Positions 58,745 to 64,000 of a stretch of DNA of 64,000 bases are shown here, one piece after another. How positions within the stretch are numbered: the stretch's first letter is position 1; each line of letters starts with the position of its first letter. Below the pieces are notes generated by a model that saw nothing but the letters and a program-made list of their open reading frames with translations, did no database searches and was not told the DNA's origin. The position numbers and the translations under genes were made by a program. The stretch is from Clostridia bacterium (GTDB taxonomy: Bacteria > Bacillota > Clostridia > Monoglobales > Monoglobaceae), in NCBI GenBank assembly GCA_017546205.1, contig JAFYXJ010000018.1, forward strand, positions 1,704-65,703, written 5' to 3'.

Positions 58745-60451
58745 ATGTTAAAGAAAAAATGGTTGCTGAGAGAATTTGACAAAACCCGTGTGGTTGAAAT
58801 GTCAAAAAAATTCCAGATTTCTCCGCTGACTGCCATTATCCTTTACAACCGGGGCATCCATGACGACGATGCCATTGCCCGGTTTCTTTCCAGAGATTTG
58901 GGTTCTACCCATGACCCTTATCTTTTGAAGGATATGGAAAAAGCGGCAGAACGCATCCGCAGAGCCCGTGACAATCGGGAAAAGGTAACCATCTACGGCG
59001 ACTACGACGCAGACGGTATCACTTCTATTGCCATCCTTTACAAGCACCTGACCGAGATGGGCATTGAAACATCCTATTACGTGCCTGACCGGATTCAGGA
59101 GGGATACGGTGTGAACCGTGAGGCTCTGGACAAAATCCGTGAAAGCGGTTCCACCCTGATTATTACCGTGGATACCGGCATTACCGCTGTGGAAGAGAGC
59201 GAGTACGCCAAGGAAATCGGGCTGGATGTGATTGTAACCGACCATCACGAATGTAAAGAAACCATCCCCAATGTGTATGCCGCCATTGATCCCAAGCGGA
59301 AAGACTGTATCTATCCGTTTAAGAGTCTTGCCGGCGTGGGCGTGGTCTTTAAGTTGATTCAGGCATTGGATGAAAACAATTCTCTGCCTGCATTGATGGA
59401 TAAGTATGCAGACCTGATGTGTCTGGGTACTGTTGCAGATATTTCCCCGTTGGTTGACGAAAACCGCGTCATTGTTACCGAAGGATTGAAACGGTTCAAG
59501 AATACCAAGAATGTTGGTCTCAAAGCCTTGATAGATGTTTCTACCAACGGCAAAGCCATCACAACCTCCACCATCGGCTATATCATTGCGCCCAGAATCA
59601 ATGCCAGCGGCAGACTGGGTTGTGCAAGTCGGAGCGTGGAACTGTTTTTAACTGACGATCCTGAAAAGGCAAAGAGTCTCGCCGAATCCTTGTGCGAGGA
59701 AAATACCAACCGTCAGCACACCGAACAGAAAATGTTTAAAGAGGCACTTGAGTATCTGGAAAACCATCCTGAGGTCAAAGACGACAAGGTGATTGTGATT
59801 CCTCACAACAACTGGCATCACGGTATTGTAGGAATCGTTTCTTCCAAGATTACTGAAAAATTCTATAAGCCGTCTATCTTATTTGCCATTGATGGCGACG
59901 AAGCAAAAGGTTCCGGCAGAAGTGTCAACGGTTTCAACCTGTTTGGTGCTCTGGAATCCTGTTCCGACCTTTTGGAAAAGTTTGGCGGTCACGAACTTGC
60001 TGCAGGGCTGACCATCAAAGCAGATAACATTGAGGCTTTTCGCCAGAAAATCAATGACTGTACCAAAGACAGTTTTACGGAGCAGATGATGACACCCACC
60101 ATTATGTTGGATGCGGCAATCAAGGTACCGTATATTTCTATTGAAACAGTGCATGATATTAACCGTTTGCAACCTTTTGGTGTTGATAATCCTACGCCTG
60201 CATTTGCAATTCGCAACATCAAAATACATAAAATCAGCACCATGAGTGAAGGCAAGCATCTGCGTATGACTCTGCTCAAAGACGGCAAGTATCTGGATTC
60301 TGTCGGCTTTGGCATGGGTGAATATTATCAGCATCTGGAAGAGGGCGACTTTATTGACGTTGCTTTTGCCCTTGACATCAACGATTACAAGGGATTCCAG
60401 AATGTACAGTTAATACTGAAAGATATTAAAAAGACAGAGGCTGAAGCCTGA
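58745..60451 (+). CDS. recJ: Single-stranded-DNA exonuclease RecJ
   Basis: YGDYDADG, TVDTG, TDHH, PRINASGRL, FGGHELAAG. Confidence 0.96.
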   Translation: MLKKKWLLREFDKTRVVEMSKKFQISPLTAIILYNRGIHDDDAIARFLSRDLGSTHDPYLLKDMEKAAERIRRARDNREKVTIYGDYDADGITSIAILYKHLTEMGIETSYYVPDRIQEGYGVNREALDKIRESGSTLIITVDTGITAVEESEYAKEIGLDVIVTDHHECKETIPNVYAAIDPKRKDCIYPFKSLAGVGVVFKLIQALDENNSLPALMDKYADLMCLGTVADISPLVDENRVIVTEGLKRFKNTKNVGLKALIDVSTNGKAITTSTIGYIIAPRINASGRLGCASRSVELFLTDDPEKAKSLAESLCEENTNRQHTEQKMFKEALEYLENHPEVKDDKVIVIPHNNWHHGIVGIVSSKITEKFYKPSILFAIDGDEAKGSGRSVNGFNLFGALESCSDLLEKFGGHELAAGLTIKADNIEAFRQKINDCTKDSFTEQMMTPTIMLDAAIKVPYISIETVHDINRLQPFGVDNPTPAFAIRNIKIHKISTMSEGKHLRMTLLKDGKYLDSVGFGMGEYYQHLEEGDFIDVAFALDINDYKGFQNVQLILKDIKKTEAEA

Positions 60452-60456
60452 TTACA

Positions 60457-60490
60457 AAACGCCGGTGGATGATACAAACCGGCGTTTTTT
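60457..60490 (+). terminator. Terminator-like hairpin between recJ and rel
   Basis: AAAACGCCGGT...ACCGGCGTTTTT. Confidence 0.7.
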
Positions 60491-60519
60491 CATAAATTGT
60501 ATGAAAAGGGGGGCTTGTT

Positions 60520-62703
60520 ATGGCAATCATCACATTGGAGCAATTGCTGGAACGCATCCGCAGTTATTATCAATCCGAAAATCTGGATTCTGTCATTAAA
60601 GCATACCAGTATGCAGAGGAAAAGCACACCGGTCAGGTCAGAAAGTCCGGCGAGCCTTATGTGACCCATCCTGCCCATGTGGCATATATTCTTGCAGATA
60701 TGGAACTGGATTTGCAGTCCATCTGCGCGGCGCTTCTGCACGATGTGGTAGAGGACACCGCGGTCACCCGTGAGGATTTGGTTCAAGAATTTGGCGAAAC
60801 CATCACTCTGCTGGTTGACGGGGTTACCAAACTGACCAAAATTCCCTATACATCCAAAGAGGAACAGCAGATTGAAAACCTGAGAAAGATGTTCTTTGCC
60901 ATGGCAGAGGACGTCCGTGTGTTGGTTATCAAGTTGGCAGACCGACTCCACAATATGCGAACCCTGAAATATCAGCCGGAGCAAAAGCAGCGTGAAATCG
61001 CCCGTGAAACCCTGGAGGTGTACGCACCTCTGGCGCACCGACTTGGTATGTCCAAAATCAAGTGGGAATTGGAGGATTTGGCGCTTCGGTATATCGACCC
61101 CATCGGCTACTATGAAATCGTGGACAAAATTGCCCAGAAGCGGGACGAACGAGAGAATTATATTCAGGACATCTTAAGGATACTGGAAGAAAAGCTTTCT
61201 TCCCTGAGCATCAAAGCCCATATTGAGGGCAGAGCCAAGCACTTTTACAGCATTTACAGAAAAATGTTTATGCAGAACAAAACCATTGACGAGCTGTATG
61301 ATTTGTTTGCGGTCCGTGTAATTGTGGACACCGTTTCGGACTGTTATTCCGTTCTGGGTATGGTGCATGAACTCTACAAGCCCATTCCCGGCAGATTCAA
61401 AGATTATATCGCCATGCCCAAGCCCAATATGTATCAGTCCCTCCACTCCACCCTGATAGGTCCGGAGGGAACCCCCTTTGAGATCCAGATTCGCACCTGG
61501 GAGATGCACCACACCGCGGAAAACGGCATTGCCGCCCACTGGAAATACAAAGAGGGCAAAAGCGGAAGTTCGGACATGGACAGCAAGCTGGAGTGGATTA
61601 AACAACTGCTGGAAATCCAGAAAGACACCACCAATGCAGAAGATTTTATGCAGACCTTAAAGATTGATATGTTCAGCGATGAGGTCTTTGTCTTTACCCC
61701 CAAGGGCGATGTCATCAGTCTGCCGGTTGGGGCAACACCCATTGACTTTGCTTATGCCATCCACTCTGCCGTGGGCAACCGGATGACCGGTGCCAAAGTC
61801 AACGGAAAAATTGTAACTCTGGACTTCAAGTTAAGCAACGGAGATATTGTGGAAGTTATCACCGGAAGTGCCAATCAAGGTCCCCATCTTGACTGGGTGA
61901 AGATATGCAAAACCTCTCAGGCAAGAAATAAAATCAACCAATGGTTTAAGAAAATCAATCGGGACGAAAACTTAGAAAAAGGTAAGGATTTTCTGGAGAA
62001 GAACATGCGTCAAAACTCCATCCCGTTGAGTTTCCTGGAAAATAAGAGCCTGATTGAAACTTTGCTCAGGCGGTACGGCTTTAACAATCTTGAGGATTTG
62101 TATGCCGCCATCGGCTACGGCAGCACCAATGCTTCCCGTTTTGTCACCCGTTTTAAGGCGGAGTGCCAGAAAAAGATTCTGGAAGAACAGGGTGTTTCCG
62201 ATGAGTCTATGATTCCTATGGTGGTAAAAACCACCTCCAAGCCCAACACCAGCGGTGTTATTGTGGGCGGACTGGACAATTGCCTGATTCGATTCTCCCA
62301 CTGCTGTAATCCGGTACCGGGAGATGCCATTGTAGGCTATATCACACGGGGCAGGGGGGTTGCCATTCACCGCGAAGACTGTATCAACATGATTCATGCC
62401 CGCTCCCATGAAGAGGAGATGAGCCGATTTGTGCCGGTTCGTTGGGCAGGAGATACCAACAGCAACTTCCAGACCGGCCTCACCGTCAATGCGTCTGACC
62501 GGAGCAATCTGCTTCTGGATATCATGACCACCGTATCGGAACTGAACACCCGTACCACCAATGTCAATGCAAGAACCGGCAAAAACAACCTTGCCATCAT
62601 TGAATTGACCATGGAAATTTCCGATACCAAACAACTGGAACACATTATCAAAAAACTGCAAAATATTGACGGCGTACTCTCGGTAGTACGGCGAAGACAA
62701 TAG
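60520..62703 (+). CDS. rel: Bifunctional (p)ppGpp synthetase/hydrolase Rel
   Basis: RKSGEPY, LLHDVVED (intact hydrolase), RFKDY, YQSLH, TGS, ZFD CCNPVPGD, ACT. Confidence 0.97.
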   Translation: MAIITLEQLLERIRSYYQSENLDSVIKAYQYAEEKHTGQVRKSGEPYVTHPAHVAYILADMELDLQSICAALLHDVVEDTAVTREDLVQEFGETITLLVDGVTKLTKIPYTSKEEQQIENLRKMFFAMAEDVRVLVIKLADRLHNMRTLKYQPEQKQREIARETLEVYAPLAHRLGMSKIKWELEDLALRYIDPIGYYEIVDKIAQKRDERENYIQDILRILEEKLSSLSIKAHIEGRAKHFYSIYRKMFMQNKTIDELYDLFAVRVIVDTVSDCYSVLGMVHELYKPIPGRFKDYIAMPKPNMYQSLHSTLIGPEGTPFEIQIRTWEMHHTAENGIAAHWKYKEGKSGSSDMDSKLEWIKQLLEIQKDTTNAEDFMQTLKIDMFSDEVFVFTPKGDVISLPVGATPIDFAYAIHSAVGNRMTGAKVNGKIVTLDFKLSNGDIVEVITGSANQGPHLDWVKICKTSQARNKINQWFKKINRDENLEKGKDFLEKNMRQNSIPLSFLENKSLIETLLRRYGFNNLEDLYAAIGYGSTNASRFVTRFKAECQKKILEEQGVSDESMIPMVVKTTSKPNTSGVIVGGLDNCLIRFSHCCNPVPGDAIVGYITRGRGVAIHREDCINMIHARSHEEEMSRFVPVRWAGDTNSNFQTGLTVNASDRSNLLLDIMTTVSELNTRTTNVNARTGKNNLAIIELTMEISDTKQLEHIIKKLQNIDGVLSVVRRRQ

Positions 62704-62712
62704 AGGGATACT

Positions 62713-63330
62713 ATGAAACTACACACGCTTTCACTGGGCATGCTCGGCACCAACAGTTATCTGGTTGCGGATGAGACAACCGGTCAGTCAATTTTGATTG
62801 ATGCCCCTGACCGGGCAGACAACATTCTGGAAGTTCTCACAAAAGAGGGTTACACCCTGACAGAAATTGTGCTGACCCACGGGCATTATGACCATATTCT
62901 GGCTTTAAAAGACTTAAAGAACGCTACCCATGTGCCCATTGCCATCCACAAAAACGGGTTGGCATCCTTAAAAAGCGGAGAGAACAACTTGTGTGTCCTG
63001 GCAGGGTATGACTGGGAACCCATAACGCCCGACCGTCTCCTTGACGAGGGGGATAGGATAACGGCAGGCACCCTCTCCTTTCAGGTATTGCACACACCGG
63101 GGCATACCCAAGACAGCATTTGTCTGTATCGGGAAGGTATCCTCTTCTCCGGTGATACCTTGTTCGCCGGAAGTATCGGCAGATACGACCTGCCCACCGG
63201 AAACGGAAGACAGGAGCTCAAGTCCATTCAGGAAAAACTGATGACACTTCCGGATGACACGGAGGTCTATCCCGGTCATGGCCCCAAAACCACCATTGGA
63301 AAAGAAAGAAGGGAAAACCCATATCTGTAA
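62713..63330 (+). CDS. MBL-fold metallo-hydrolase (glyoxalase II-like)
   Basis: THGHYDH, HTPGHT, SGDTLF, PGHG. Confidence 0.93.
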   Translation: MKLHTLSLGMLGTNSYLVADETTGQSILIDAPDRADNILEVLTKEGYTLTEIVLTHGHYDHILALKDLKNATHVPIAIHKNGLASLKSGENNLCVLAGYDWEPITPDRLLDEGDRITAGTLSFQVLHTPGHTQDSICLYREGILFSGDTLFAGSIGRYDLPTGNGRQELKSIQEKLMTLPDDTEVYPGHGPKTTIGKERRENPYL

Positions 63331-64000
63331 TGCATGAAGAAACCAACCGCCCGTGGGGGATTCTGAACGGAATCCGTCCTGCGAAAATCGCTACCGGTAT
63401 GATTCTTGAGGGAAAAACACGGGAACAGATATTGGAGCATTTTACCCGTGAACTGGGATGCGGTAGGGAAAAAGCAGAACTTGCCTATCTGGTTGCAAGT
63501 TGTGAAGCGGAGGCTGAACGCACCATGTACCCTGACGGCATCAGTCTGTATATCGGGATTCCGTTCTGTCCCAGCCGTTGTCTCTACTGTTCCTTTGTTA
63601 CCTGCGGAACCCGTCAGGCGCAAAAACTGATTCCTGATTATGTGGAAGCATTAAAAAAGGAGATTTCCTATGTGGGAAACCTCTTAGCCGGGCACAACCG
63701 CCGTCTGGAAACGGTGTACATCGGGGGCGGAACTCCCACCACCCTGACCGCACCGCAACTGGACAGTCTTTTGACTGAAATTGAGGCAGATTTTGACCTT
63801 TCCTCTTGCCGGGAGTTTACCGTCGAGGCAGGACGCCCGGACACCATTACCCCTGAGAAACTGGAAACGTTGAAAAACCATAACATTGACCGCATCAGCA
63901 TTAACCCCCAATCCATGAATGCAGAAACCCTGCATCTCATTGGCAGAGCGCACACCCCACAGCAGATTCGGGATGCGGTAAAACTTGCACGGGAATACGA
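63330..64000 (+). CDS. hemZ: Radical SAM HemZ-like protein (runs off the window; not in the ORF track)
   Basis: Manual translation MHEETNRPWGILNGIRPAK...SLYIGIPFCPSRCLYCSF...YIGGGTPT...EFTVEAGRPDTIT...RISINPQSM; TAATG overlap with the MBL gene. Confidence 0.9.
   Translation, partial: MHEETNRPWGILNGIRPAKIATGMILEGKTREQILEHFTRELGCGREKAELAYLVASCEAEAERTMYPDGISLYIGIPFCPSRCLYCSFVTCGTRQAQKLIPDYVEALKKEISYVGNLLAGHNRRLETVYIGGGTPTTLTAPQLDSLLTEIEADFDLSSCREFTVEAGRPDTITPEKLETLKNHNIDRISINPQSMNAETLHLIGRAHTPQQIRDAVKLAREY

Overview
This is a chromosomal, mostly housekeeping window from a spore-forming Clostridia-class Firmicute, as indicated by sigH, a spoIID-like gene, ytfI/ytfJ, an SLH protein and sporulation-sigma-like promoters. 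In order it holds: rplA-rplK-nusG-secE-rpmG; ykvI-like, DUF1653, AraC, dus and tandem-HD genes; a GT2 and a MurJ/SpoVB-like flippase with yabO; tgt and queA split by a cohesin-SLH gene; asd-dapA-dapB-ACT; ileS (type 2); ddh; an atypical type IIA topoisomerase pair; a CorC-like gene; murA; an orphan membrane-fusion protein; two MATEs; an acyl-CoA synthetase; yitT; tmcAL; pta-ackA-sigH-eno; DUF1846; DeoR; ytfJ/ytfI; scpBA; a site-2 protease; lysA; cinA; thiI with a cysteine desulfurase; mutS2; recJ; rel; an MBL hydrolase; and a partial hemZ. I saw no rRNA, tRNA, CRISPR array, transposase or prophage genes. The strongest unexplained signals are non-coding. (1) Between ileS and ddh lies a promoter-driven ~200-nt structured RNA with crossing (pseudoknot or switch) helices and a GNRA terminator. 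It precedes a 51-aa acidic ORF, and a second diverged, truncated copy preserves the pairings by covariation. (2) A hairpin buries the enolase RBS and has a forespore (sigG/sigF)-like promoter inside its 5' arm. All calls come from motif recognition by eye; no database searches were run.
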